From NCBI GenBank assembly GCA_033442325.1, contig JAWQFM010000018.1, positions 918,996-982,995 on the forward strand: a stretch of 64,000 nucleotides of DNA. Reading direction: 5' to 3'. The translations under genes and the position numbers were made by a program. Shown here piece by piece: positions 51,507-64,000 of this stretch; the first letter of the stretch is position 1, and each line of letters opens with the position of its first letter. The stretch comes from Salpingoeca rosetta (taxonomy: Eukaryota > Protista > Choanoflagellata). The notes beneath the pieces are model-generated. The model did not search any database. It was not told the origin of the DNA and saw nothing but the letters and a program-made list of their open reading frames with translations.

Positions 51507-54500
51507 ATGGCATCACCGGAGCGTGAGGGGTTCTTTGAGGATACAAGCGATCGCGTAGCCCTCCTTGAGAACGCAGACATCACAGCAGGTTACTTTGTAG
51601 ACAAAGAGCGCGCAAACGGCGGTGACAGTGCAGCAGCCATCGCCCATTCGTCCAGTGCAGAGGATAAGATGGTCCAACGGAGAGATCATGACGATGCGAG
51701 CCCTGCTGCATTCAATGGCAGCAATGAGCTGGGTGACATGACTGAGCCCCTCACTCTGGACGACAGCAAAGGCACAGACAAGGAGCAGGCGATCGAGCCC
51801 TTTGACGAAATCGATCAAAGTATGTGTGTGTGTGTGTGTGGTGGATGAATGTTTCGTGCACACACGCATTTCGCGGTTAATGTGTGTCTCGACTATTGTG
51901 CGATGATGACATCTGCTCCTGAGTCACGTCTGCCGATTGGTAAAGGTTTCGTCTAGTTCAATTCTCTCCTTCACCTCGAAGTGCCTTCATCATGTTTGCC
52001 ACTTGGCCATGTTTGCGCCCTGATCCCAAGTTATTGTCCCAGTCAGCTCACTTGACTTTTCCTCTGTGAACGCTTCGTGCATCCATGTCTGTGGCACTGA
52101 TGTGCTGGTGTCAGGTGCCGCGATTCCAAAGACGCTCACCATGTGGAACGGCGTGTCGTTCATTGTGGGCACGATGATTGGATCGGGCATCTTTGCCAGC
52201 CCCGGTTCCGTGCTGCTGCAGTCGAAATCCGTCGGCGTGTCCCTCCTGGCGTGGGTACTGTCTGGCATCGTTGCGCTCATTGGGTCGGCGTGCTACGCGG
52301 AGCTGGGCACGGTGGTACCTGAATCGGGCGGCGAGTACGTGTACATAAACGCGGGCCTCAACCGGTTCCTGGCCTTCCTGTTCTCTTGGGCAAGCTGCAT
52401 GATCACGCGCCCTGGCAGCCAGGCCATCATGATCCTTGTTTCGGGGGAGTACCTGGTGCGCCCGTTCTACACGGGAGGGCGCGAACCGCCCGTGTGGGTA
52501 CCAAAGGCCGCGGCCATCGTGCTGAACACGCTCATCGTGCTCATCAACAGCGTCAGCGTGAAGGCTGCCACACGCCTGCAGAGCTATTCCACCGCGCTCA
52601 AGGTGCTGGTGCTGGTTGTCATCTCCATTGTTGGGCTGGTATTTCTTGCACGCGACGCATCAAAGGACGGCACGCCAGCCCACGACAACCTCTCCAACGG
52701 ATTCAAGTCAACATCAGGGAGTGAGTTGCGATATGTGCGTGCGTGTTTGCGTTTGCATTTGCGTTTGTGCGTGTGCGTGTGCACGTGTGTGGTGCACGTG
52801 TGTGTGTGTATGTTTGTTCATATGCATGCTCTTGTGTGCACGTGTGTGTTTATATTTGTACATATGCATGCTCTTTTGTGTGTGTGTATGCTCTTGTGGT
52901 TTGGCTTGCGGCTTCCCTCTGTCTCTCACCATCTTCTGTCTTGTACTCGTTGTTGAGTTCCGTGTCTTGTGTCATGTGGGCACGTGTACCTGATCCCGTT
53001 ACCTTCTGCGCACCACGCCAGCCAACCTCACTCCCCTCTCACCCATACCCCACCGCCTCTTCTTCTCGTGCAACCACATCTACTCTCGTCTGCCCGCGCG
53101 TTCCAGCCGTGACCGCGGGCGCGTTTGGGCTGTCCGTCATCAATGGGCTGTGGTCATATGACGGGTGGAACAACCTCAACTACATCACGGCAGAGATGAA
53201 GAAACCTGCACGTGATCTGCCCCGCGCCCTCTTCATTGGCATGCCGCTTGTCATCGTCATCTACCTGTTTGTGAACGTGGCGTACTTTGCCGTGCTGCCC
53301 CTCGCCTCCATCGTCGATTTCGAGAACAACACGCCAAACGAGAGCTTTGCGGCCGACTTTGCGAGCGCCACCATGGGCGCTGCAGGGCTGGTGGTCATCC
53401 CTCTCTGTATCGCCCTCTCCGCGTTTGGCGCTGCCAATGGTGCGTGTGTGATGTGTGTGCGTGTGTGCGCGTGTGTGTGTGTTTGAGTATGTGTGCGTGT
53501 GTGTGATTTGTGCGTGTGTGTGATTTGTGTGTGATTTGTGCGTGTGTGTGCGTGTGTGTGATTTGTGCGTGCGTGTGCGTGTGTGGTGTGCGTGCGTGTG
53601 TGATGTGTGCGTGCGTGTCTGTGATTTGTGCGTGCGTGTGCGTGTGTGCGTGCGTGTGTGTGCGTATGTGATGTGTGCGTGCGTGTGCGTGTGTGTGTGT
53701 ATTGCTCTATGTTGTTCGCATTGCGCGAGTGGTCCTCCCCACATCTCAGCTCTTCTTCTGCAATGCGTTTCCATTGCTCTCGCTTTCATCCCCCTTTTCT
53801 CACGTACACTCGCCATGTTCCACCATCACCATCACCATCACCACTGCTGCTGCTGCAGGCTCTGCGTTCACTGGCGCGCGCCTTGTGCGTGAGAGCGCGG
53901 TTGACGGCCATTTCCCAGCCGTTTTTGGCAATCTCTGGTCTCTCTCTGCAGGGTCCCGTGCTCCCGTCCCCGCGCTCCTCTCCCAATGTTTGTTTATGAA
54001 TATGCGTGTATGTGATGTGAGTGCATTTGTGTGTGTGTGTGCGTGTGTGTAAGTGTATGTGTGTGTGTGTACATGTGTACATGTGTACGTGTGTGTGTGT
54101 AAGTGTGTGTGTGTAAGTGTATGTGTGTGTGTGTAAGTGTATGTGTGTGTACATGTGTGCGGGTACGTCTGATTTTCACGCCTTCTGTGCGGAGAAACAT
54201 CGCTGCTTGCTGACGAGTATTGTCACCCCTCGCTCCTTGCACAGATGTCCTGAGCTCCATCATGATTCTCACGGGAAACTTTGATGCACTGGTCAGTTGT
54301 CCTGTGCGCATGCACTCGCGTTCACTTGATGCACCCTCCACACGCGGTCATGCTGTAGCAGTTGCTCAGTTCATTCGTTGTTCTCTCGATTGGTCTCTTC
54401 TATTTTCTTATCCCCCACAAACAAAACCACAAACACACACACACACACACACAAACAAATACACGCATACACACACAAATACACGCATACACACAAATAC

Positions 54501-55155
54501 ACACACACGCACACACACAAATACACGCATACACACACAAACAAATACACACACACAAACAAATACACACACACAAACAAATACACGCATACACACACAA
54601 ACAAAACACACACACACAAACAAATACACACACACACACGCTCGTTATGTCTCAGGTTGCGTACTTCAGTGCAGCGGCTTGGTTCTTCTACTTCCTCGCT
54701 GTTCTCAGTCTTCTTCGTCTGCGCAGAATACGCAAGAGCGCCCCGCGCCCCTTCTCGTAAGCTGCCGTGGTTTCCATTGCTCATGTTTTGTGCTGGGACA
54801 TGTGATGCGAGCAGGTTGAGCGCGGTGCCTTCGCACACACACATGTGAAATGCACACGTTCTGACTCACAAGTACAGCCACAAGTACCAGCCATGCACAT
54901 TTCACAGTTCACATGTCGCTCACGCTTCGCTTCCCTGTTGTGTGTGTGTGTGTGTGTGTGTATGTGTGTGTGTGTGTGCTGTCGTGGTCGCACCACACTC
55001 GAGCAGCGTGCCGTTGGTCGTGCCCATTGTGTTTCTCGTGATTGCCTTTTTTCTTGTGCTCTCGCTGATCATACAAGCACCCACCGACTCCCTGATCTCC
55101 CTCGCCTTTATCCTCAGCGGCGTCCCGGTGCGTGAGTGAGTGAGTGAGTGCGTGT

Positions 55156-55186
<31 letters not shown>

Positions 55187-55488
55187 CGTGTGCGTGCGTG
55201 CGTGAGCGAGTGAGTGAGTGTGTGTGTGCGTGTGTGTGTATTGCTTTGAGCATTGGACATGATTCACCTGTTAAGATACGCGCTTGTTGCTTTACTTGTC
55301 CAGAGTATCTCACCTCATCCCATGCGCACCCACCACCACGTCATTTCGTCCTTAAATCATCATCGCCACCATCATCACCGCTGCAGTACTACTACTTGCA
55401 ACCACGCGTCATCAAGTGGTTCCGCCATCGTCGCAAGCACAAGTACACAACAGTCAACATTGCACCTGCAGACCTGCACGAACTCTAG
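51507..55488 (+). CDS. L-type amino acid transporter (SLC7 LAT/b0,+AT-like, APC superfamily), multi-exon
   Basis: NGVSFIVGTMIGSGIFASPGSVL, ACYAELGTVVPESGGEYVYI, GLWSYDGWNNLNYITAEMKKPARDLPRA, SAFGAANG|SAFTGARL, FFYFLAVLSLLRLR..RPF. Last exon ends DLHEL* at 55488. Confidence 0.92.
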
Positions 55489-56011
55489 CTCGGCCCTTCC
55501 TTTGTCCTGTTGTTCCTCCATCACATCACACTTCCTCCCTTGTATTTCTTTCCTTCCTTGTTCCCTTGCTGCTCCTCCACGTTTGTGCTCTTGCGTCGTG
55601 TGCACACCAATGAACGTGGTGTGGTGTGGTGTGTAGCTGCTTCTGCTGCTGCTGTATGCCTGCTTCTCCACAACACTCTTTCTTCTCTGTAACCGCTGTT
55701 ATTACTGCTCTTGCCTGCATGTCTTCTTCCAGTTGCAGCCCTCACTTGTGTCTCACTCGCGTGTCCTGTGCACTTCTCATGCACGCTTGTGACGAGAGTT
55801 CTTGGCATTTACTGGTGTCGATGAAACATTGTGACAACAAAACAAAACCAAACAAACGGCAGGATCGCGCACTACACACAAACACACACACACACAGAGA
55901 CACACAAACACACACACACACACACACACAAACACACACCGCTTCTGTCTGGCACCTCACTAAACATGTTCCAAACATGCGTGCGCATGCGAGCAGCCGG
56001 CGTGGAGGCGG

Positions 56012-56198
56012 CTACCTGCGGCGCGAGCGACGACGGCGGCGCCCAGAGTCACCGCCACCAGAGGGCTGCCCCATGTGGAATGTGCCACCTGCCAGGGAGG
56101 AGAGGTGATAGATGGGAGCAATGGTGAGTCCATGTCGCGAGTGTGGGGATGGGGAAGAAAAGTGAAAGCCACATGAATCAACACAGTGGACACACACG

Positions 56199-56230
<32 letters not shown>

Positions 56231-56244
56231 TGCACGCACAGACG

Positions 56245-56293
<49 letters not shown>

Positions 56294-56455
56294 CACACCA
56301 CACAGTAATAGCCCGAGAAACACTAATAACGTGTTAGTACTTTAACAGCCGTCTGCACGAGATATGACCCTAAGAATCGCGAATTGCTATTGTGTTATAC
56401 ATCACGACTGGCGGAGACCAACTATGTACTCGTTGACTCACACATGCACACACAG

Positions 56456-56494
<39 letters not shown>

Positions 56495-59400
56495 TGCACA
56501 CACAGACGCACGCACACACGCACACACACAGACACACAGACACCTATTCAAACATGCACACACCTGGGCTCTGCATGCCCGCAGGGCTACCAAAGGGCGA
56601 CTGTCCATTGTTATTACTTGGAGAGAAAGCACCACCAGCACCACCAGCACCAAACGGCCCAGCTGAGCCAGGCCCGCTCGCACCAAACGTCTTGCCAACG
56701 CCACCGCCAGCACCAAAGGAGGGTTTGCCTGCACCAAACGTGGCCCCTGCACCACCCATGGACATCTGCCCACCGCCAGCGGGCTTGGACGCGCCGAACG
56801 AGGGCTTGCGACCACCGCCACCGCTGGAGAAGGAGAACGGGGGGTTACCGCCTCCAGTACCGCTGCCACCTGCTTGGAACTGTGGCTTGCCCATGCCACC
56901 ACCAGCGCCACCAAACATCCCAGCACCACCAGGCTTTGCCGACGAGGAGGAGGAGGAGGACATCGGCATGCCACCGGTGCTGCCAAACGATGGTGACTTG
57001 CCCATAAACGACCCTTGTTGCTGCTGTGGTTGCTGCTGCATGGATGTGGGTGCCTTGCCACCAAACGTTGGCACGTTCTTGTTGCTGCTGCCAGGACCAC
57101 CACTGCCGCCGCCACCAAACTGGAAGCCGCCACCCTGACCAAAGCCGCCTGGTTTCTGCTGCTGCTGCTGGCCCCCGAATGAGGGTTTGCCTGCCTGAAA
57201 CGCAGACGGCTGGCCAAAGGACGGCTTGCTTCCTCCAGAGAAGCTAAACGGCTTCTGCTGCTGCTGTTGGCCAGCACCGCTTGCAGCAAAGGGCGACCCA
57301 CTCTGCTGCTTCTGCATGGCACCGCCGCCGCCAAAGGGAGAGCCCGTCTGGGATGTGCTGGTCGACGACCCGCCGCCAAACGACAGCGCTTTCTGCGGCT
57401 GCTGGCCTTGTTGTCCCTGTTGTTGTCCTCCACCTGCACCAAAGGACGGGGTTCGCTGCGCACCCCCGCCACCGCCAAACTGAAATGGCTTGGCACCACC
57501 ACTTGGTTGCTGCTGCTGCTGCTGCTGCTGCTGCGGTTGTTGGCCGGCGCCCTTGCCAAACTGGAAAGGAGCTGGGGACGACGACGACGACGACGACGAC
57601 GCAGAGAACGATGGCTTCTGCTGCTGCTGCGCACCGCCACCACCACCGCCCCCAAATTGGAACGGCTTAGCAGCGCCACCGCTCTGCTGCTGCTGCTGCT
57701 GCTGCTGTTGTTGTTGTTGTTGGCCACCAAATGGGCTGCCTGTCGGCTTCTGGCCACCGCCAAACTGAAACGGCTTCTGCTGCTGCTGCTGACCCTGCTG
57801 ACCCTGCTGCTGGCTCTGTGGTGCGCCTCCAAACGGTGAGGAGGATACTGATGTGGTGGGGGCGCCCTTCCCTGCAGAGAAGCTGAAGGGCGACGACTTT
57901 TGGGCCTGTGCAGTGGCGCTGCTGCCAGTGGCCGCTGATGTGGCAGACGTTTGCGCACCACCAGCACCACCAAAGGCCGGGGGCTTGGCACCGCCACCAA
58001 ACGGCGATGCAGATGCTGACGCCGACGATGTTGGTGCTGCTGGTTTGTCTGTTGCACCCGGCTTCTTGGCTGCAAACGCAAACGGCGAGGACGAAGACGA
58101 CGACGACGTTGCGGGCAAGGCTGGCGTGGCTGCACCGCTGCTGGTGCCTGCAGGCCTGGTCGCACCAAATGGCGACGACTTTGCACCGTCTCCAGCGCTG
58201 GTGGGCTTGGTACCACCAAACGAGAACGGCTTGGGCGCGGTAGCCTTGTCACCGCCACCTGCTGCCGTGGTGGATGCTGATGCCGACGTGGACGATGGTG
58301 TGGACGATGATGCACCAAAGGGCGTGGGTTTCGAGGCATCGGCGCTCTTGGTTGCTGCGCCAAATGGGCTGCTGCCACTGCTACCGCTGGTGGCAGGTTT
58401 GCTCTGTGATGCCTTGAAAGCGCCAAATGGCGAGCTGGCAGCTGCTGGCTTGGTGGCACCAGCGTCGTCGCCAGCAGTGGCAGCGGCAGTGGCGGGTTTG
58501 CTGCTGCCAAAGCTGAATGACGGCTTGGCACCAGACGATGATGATGCATCGGCCTTTGGCTTGTCACCGCCTGTCTTTGCCGCGGGCGCTTTGAAGGCAC
58601 CAAAGGGGCTGGCAGCAGCCTTGTCAGGCTTGTCAGCGCCACCACCGCCTGCGGGTTTACCAAAGGGCGATGCCTTGGACGCTCCCGTATTTGCATCGTC
58701 GGCCTTGGCGGGTGGTTTGGCCATGCTGCCAAACGGTGATGCTTTGGCGCCCGATGCTGCACTTGCACTTGCACTTGCTGTTGTTGTTGGTGTGTCCTCT
58801 GCCTTCTTCGGCATGGCAAAGGAGCCGAGGGAGGAGGCTGCAGAGGTGCCACCAGCAGGCTTTGCACTGCCAAACGACAGCGGCTTCTGCTCTGCACCGC
58901 CGGCCTTGGTCGCGTCGCCCGTCGACGGCGCCTTGCTCGTGGCCGTCGTCGAGTCCGTGTGCGTCACCTGCAAGCAGTGGGTGAGGACATGGGATGAGGG
59001 ACGTTGATGTTGTGGATTTGGTCAGTCAGGGTCACACGAGGCGAGGGATGTGAGCATGCAGATGGAGAGGTGGATGAACAGTCACAGGAATGCAACGAAG
59101 CAGAGGGGCAGAATTAGACGCACACACACACACAGACATAGACACACACATACTTGCACACACACACACAGATACAAGACACACACAGACACAGGCACAC
59201 ACACACACACACACAGACACACCACGCAACATGCAACTCACGGCGAAGATAGCACGTGTGCGTTCGGATTTGCGGTCGCTGCTCCATGCCTTCTCTGCTG
59301 TCGACGATGCCTTCTTGACAATGGCCGGCTCCTCAAGCATGGCCTTTGCTCGCTGCGCCTGTGCTGTCGTCAAGTGTCCGCGCATTGGGCGCCGCTGCGG

Positions 59401-59926
59401 CATTGCAATCGAGCGTGGCTTCTTCGCCTCTGCTGCTCCATCACCATCACCATCAGCACCATCATGACCTCCGCCGGTCTTGGTTGCGGCGCTCTCGTCT
59501 CGCGCTGGCGCTGCTGTTGCTGTTGTCGACGCAACGTTGGCATCCCCCTTGCCAGCGCGCTTGCGTGGCTGCTCATCCTCGTCTTCATCCACGTGACCAT
59601 CACCACGACGGCTGCGTGCAGATGCAGCACTCTTCGCACCGCTGCTGGCTGTTGCGTCAGTCGCTACTGCTGTCTTGGCAAGCTTCCGCTCAGGACGCAC
59701 GCCGGCCTGAGACGCACCGGCACCTGTCATATGCACACAGGGATGGGTTGGTAAGGCGGGGAGGAGGGGGAAAGGGGATGAGGTGACAACTCGAGGAAAA
59801 GAAAAACGATGCAGGCCGAGCCACATAGAACAAAGAGACAGGTACACGCAGCAGGTACATGTACGCGGGGACACAGAGACAGGCAAACACACAGACAGAC
59901 AGACAAAAAAACGCACACACGCACAC

Positions 59927-59976
<50 letters not shown>

Positions 59977-61072
59977 ACACACACACCTCGCTTTGCGCGT
60001 GCGGATGAGAGACGCGGCGCAGCGGACCGCTTGCCGCGCTTTGCAGGGCGCCCTCTGCCCGACACATCAACACCATCCTCGTCACCAATATCGCGGCTGC
60101 GGCTGCCGCCGCCACCAACATCACCATAACCATTGCCATCACCAGCAGACCTGCGCTTTGCACCGCGTGCGTCGTCGTCATCATCGCCCGGGCTGCGGTG
60201 CTTGAGCTCCCACTCGTACTTCTCCGTAAGCTGCCGCTGTCGCTGTAAGTCGCGTGTCATCGTCTGCAGACTCTGGTTGTACCGTTCGCGCTCCCGGCGC
60301 AACGCCTCAGCCAACTCCTCAGCCACCAGCTCAGATGTCTTCGGCGACGCCACACCGCTGGCCGCTGTCGATGCTGTTGCTGTATGCTGTGCATCAGGGG
60401 ACCTGCCACGTGTGACCGTTGCCTCTGATGATGGCGCTGTATCTGCTGTGGCCGTGCCTTCTGCTGCTGCTGGTGATGTGTGTGGTGCTGACTCGTCCGC
60501 CTCTGCGGCTTCATGTTGCCGCTGCTGCTGCTGACGCGACACTTGAAACTTGGCCGGCGACGGCACCTGCATTTGTGGTTGAATGCGTTCATGACACGGT
60601 TGGTGTTGACGAGTGTGAGTGAGTGAGTGAGTGAGTGAGTGAGTGAGTGAGTGAGTGAGTGAGTGAGTGAGTGAGTGAGTGAGTGAGTGAGTGAGTGAGT
60701 GAGTGAGTGAGTGAGTGAGTGAGTGAGTGAGTGAGTGAGCGAGTGTGTGCGTGTGTGTGCGTGTGTGTGTACGTGCGTGTGGGCACGCATGAGCATGTGC
60801 ACGACAGACGACAATTATCACAGCCTTGCATAGCAGGGCTGTTGTCTCACGTTTGCGTGGACGACGTCGTTCATGTATGTCTTCCTGGCCACGGGGGCCG
60901 GGGTGGAGATTGCCATGGGCTCGCTCCTGGGCTTGCGAGCTGCACGTGCCACAGCAGCAAATGCAGTTCATGTCAGAACCATGCTGTCACAGCGGCCGCA
61001 CACAGGCGCTACAAGGACGCAGCACGTTCCCAGCAAAACCACATGCACACACACACATGTACACACACACAT

Positions 61073-61110
<38 letters not shown>

Positions 61111-61884
61111 GTGCGTTCATGGTACCTGGGGGCTGGTATGAGCGAGCGTAGGAGCGGGAGAGGCGCACCACACCTGTGTTTGGCGAGGTGTGTTGGCCCT
61201 GCAAGCGCGGTGGCGAGCCTTTTGGCGTGGACGTGACCACCCCTGCCCGTCTGTTGAGACACAAAGCAGCAAGCAGCACGAGAAGTGATGCGCGTGAGAT
61301 GAGATGGCACTTTCTGATCTCGACGAGAGATACATGAGTACAGAGGACTACAGTGCAGGTGCGTGTAGGCAGCTCACGCCCAACAACAACATGCACGACA
61401 TGCATGGACCTTCGTTGACACACCGTGAGCCGTACGCTGTTGCTGGCCTTGTGGCAGTGAATGGAATGGCAGAGACGTTGGCAGTACCAGCTGCTTGTCG
61501 AGCAGCCGTGGATGGAGCCGTACCAAAGCCACCACGTGCAGGCGAGCGCTGGACGGCACCAGCACCGGCGCGTCTGCTCAGCGTAGCTGTGCCATTGGCG
61601 CCATGGCCAAAGAGACGGTTCTCGCGTTGTTGTTGTTGCTGGTGCTGGTGCTGCTGGTGTTGTTGCTCTGCGTACACGCGGCCGCCGTTTTGCGTGGGCT
61701 TCATGTGCTGTGTTGATACGGATGGTCGCTTGGAGAGCAGCGTGGCTGCTATGCCAGACACCAGTGCCGCAAGGACGAGCGTCACTGTGACATGCAGCAA
61801 GGGCAAACCCATGGCAACACCAGCAACGAGCACAACAAGCCCCGCCACGGCCACCAGGCCAACACGTTGCGCCAGCTGTGCCAT
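56012..61884 (-). CDS. Transmembrane FG-repeat nucleoporin, POM121-like architecture (~1390 aa, 7 exons)
   Basis: Exons 61884-61424, 61250-61174 (or -61126), 60939-60851, 60566-59987, 59723-59242, 58967-56564 and 56088-56012 all join in phase through GT-AG. Hydrophobic N-terminus, many SPFG/PFSFG/PFQFG repeats, and tail [14 protein letters not shown]. Confidence 0.8.
60615..60740. repeat. (GAGT)n microsatellite, intronic
   Basis: Directly visible. Confidence 0.95.
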
Positions 61885-61961
61885 CGTGCCTGTGGGGAGG
61901 GACAGAGCGCGAGCGCAAGTATAGACGGGCGGGTACGTGTTTGCGTGCACGTGCGTCTGCT

Positions 61962-62007
<46 letters not shown>

Positions 62008-62455
62008 GCGTGTGCGTGTGCGTGTACGTGTGCGTGTGCGCATGCGCATGCGCGTGTGAGTGCGTGCGTGTGTGGACGATGGATGGTGTGAGTGTTGTTA
62101 CATGTGAGAAGGGAGCGCTCTTGAGCCACCGCAGTCGTTGAAGGTGCTGAGCGAGACAAGTTGGTGGTGGCGGAGGTGCAGTGTGTGTGTGTGCACGCTC
62201 TCTCTCATCATCAACCGTGCATGCGTTTGCTTGCTTTCTCACTTCTTGCTTGTTGCCTTCTCTGCCTTGTCGAAGCCGTTGCGGCTTGAAATGGAGGAAA
62301 CTGCACAATTTCTCACTACGTAAAAATGAAGAAAATCTCTGATTTGGAGATCCACCGGGAAATTTGAATTTCAACGAACAACGACTCACAAACACGAACG
62401 ACGACTGCGAGCACCTCAGCCACCCCCACCACACGCACAGCAGCAGCACGACGCG
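61885..62455. promoter_or_regulatory. Short head-to-head spacer (probable bidirectional promoter) between the FG-nucleoporin and NCAPD2
   Basis: 571 bp between divergent ATGs, with an AT-richer core at ~62285-62380. Confidence 0.55.
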
Positions 62456-64000
62456 ATGAAGGTGGACTTCCAGATCCCGGCCGACGCCGACGATCTGCTG
62501 GCCACAGATGCAAATGTCTTCTCTGTCGCAACCTTCTCCGATGTGCGCAGAATCTCGGAGTACAACCTCAACGACATGATTGCAGGTGCAGTTGTTGGTG
62601 GTTGAAGTGGTGGTCCTTCGTTGATGTTGTTGGTGTTGGTGATGTGCCTGCTGTTGTTCCGAGTGTTGTTGGTGTCGCAAGTACTGCCACTATGGCTGTT
62701 CGTACTGACACGACATGTACGCGTGCGTGCGTGCGTATGCCTCGCTCTGTATGTTGTTTTTGTTGTTACCGTCCTTATTGTCGTCTTTGTCACTGTTGTT
62801 GTTGCGACAGATGCGACAAAGACATTCAAGGATGGCACGGAGATCAGCTACAACTCGACATTTGACGTCTTCTTCAGCCTGGCACGGTGGGACAAGCGAT
62901 TGTACCGTGGCTTAAGGCACTGCTTGTCCCAGCCTTGGTACACACGCCCACTCATATGTCACACAACACCAAAATTGCATGCTCAGGTTTTTCGGGGACT
63001 TGAGCCCCACAGTGCAGAAAGCAACCTGCTCATCACTGTTGTCAGGTAAGCACACACAAGTGCGTGTGTGTGTATGTGTGTGTTGTGTGCGTGTGTTTGT
63101 CGTGTGGGATTGTTGTTACATGCTTTTGTCGATGATAATTCCAGGAAGCGGTTGTGGCGGTGGAGGTGCGGGATGAAAATCAGATGGCGACACGAATTCA
63201 CAGGGGTTTCTTCACCCATGTGTGCTTGCTAATGTACAACCCGCATGTCCTTGTACTCACCCATTTCTCACTCATCTACATCCAAACCTCTCCACCCCAT
63301 CCGTCCACATATCAGGGATGCAGTGGTTTGGGCGCACGCTCCAGTCTCGCCTGCCTGAGATGAACAGCAACAGCAGCGAGGCGCAGCTTGGCCGCAACTG
63401 CCTCAAGATGTACACGTACCTCATCAGCTTGATTGCCTCCCATCAGGAGGGAGAGGCCGTCAAGCCAACGCAGCACCTGGGCGGCGCCACAAAGAAGACC
63501 AAGAAAACCAAGTCTGAGTTTTCGTGGAGCCAGGAGCGAGAACGCCTGCTTGCCATGATGCTGTCGCTCCTTCAGCTCGATGTGCCAAAGCTGTGGCCCA
63601 TGTCCTGCCCCGAGGAGCAGTTTGTCAAGTAAGCGAGAAGGGGAGTGAGAACGAGTGTGGTGTGTGTGTAGGAGGAGAGAGAGAGAGAGGTGACATTGTA
63701 TGTTGTGTTGTGTGTGTGTGTGTAGGAGTTAGAGGTGTGAAACTGTATGCTGTGTTTATTGCATTGTGTATGTGAGTGTGAGGATTGTGGGTGTTAGCAA
63801 GTGTTGCAAGACAGTGGGCGCGTGTGAGTGTGCTTAATGAGCTGTCCATACCAACAGCAAGCACATCACATTTTGCTCACACCACTGGCCTCTTGTTGTC
63901 TGCCTTTTCTTCCTTGCAGCCTCATTACGCGGTTTGCATATGTTGCGCTGGAGAACCCTGAGGTGGTCAAGGACAAAGACGTGATGCACCTGCTCACCAG
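62456..64000 (+). CDS. NCAPD2: Condensin I subunit CAP-D2 (Cnd1), 5' part; runs off the window
   Basis: MKVDFQIPADADDLL.., FDVFFSL, RNCLKMYTYLI..GGATKKTKK..FSWSQERERLLAMMLSLLQLDVPKLW..EEQFVN|LITRFAYVALENP matches the Cnd1 N-terminal region. Confidence 0.9.

Noticed and set aside
51900-52100. Box C (ATGATGA) and CTGA motifs in SLC7 intron 1 as a snoRNA
   Set aside because: No terminal stem or recognisable guide; the motifs are expected by chance.
57853-59007. Long + strand ORFs opposite the FG exon (also 31808-35161 opposite the coiled-coil gene)
   Set aside because: Antisense shadows caused by GC-rich codon bias.

Overview
Eukaryotic, gene-dense, intron-rich DNA. Introns and spacers are packed with (CA)n/(GT)n and other microsatellites, and there is one 100-N gap. 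Composition, intron style and gene content (an SH2 protein, a 42-aa TPR protein) suggest a choanoflagellate such as Salpingoeca rosetta; this is an inference. Most short ORFs in the track are microsatellite read-through artefacts. Manual splicing supports about 13 genes, in order: HD-PTP/PTPN23-like (-), SLC25A16-like carrier (+), ARP3 (-), GPR107/108-like (-), TIR/HET-like + TPR + CaaX protein (-), SH2 + coiled-coil protein (+), ~2360-aa EF-hand coiled-coil protein (-), INTS9 (-), poly-Asp protein (+), LRR protein (+), SLC7/LAT-like transporter (+), transmembrane FG-nucleoporin (-) and the 5' part of condensin NCAPD2 (+). Most interesting: (1) a 7-exon, in-phase gene with POM121 architecture (N-terminal TM segments, basic middle, FG domain, basic tail), a nucleoporin type usually described as vertebrate/animal; (2) a TPR protein whose N-terminus carries TIR/HET motifs including the catalytic-type Glu, followed by variable repeats and a CaaX box, a candidate membrane-anchored immune sensor/NADase; (3) an HD-PTP with intact catalytic motifs, unlike the human pseudophosphatase; (4) a LAT light chain lacking the Cys that links to the SLC3 heavy chain. 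Gene models were built by eye from GT/AG signals, phase and remembered homology; no database search was run.
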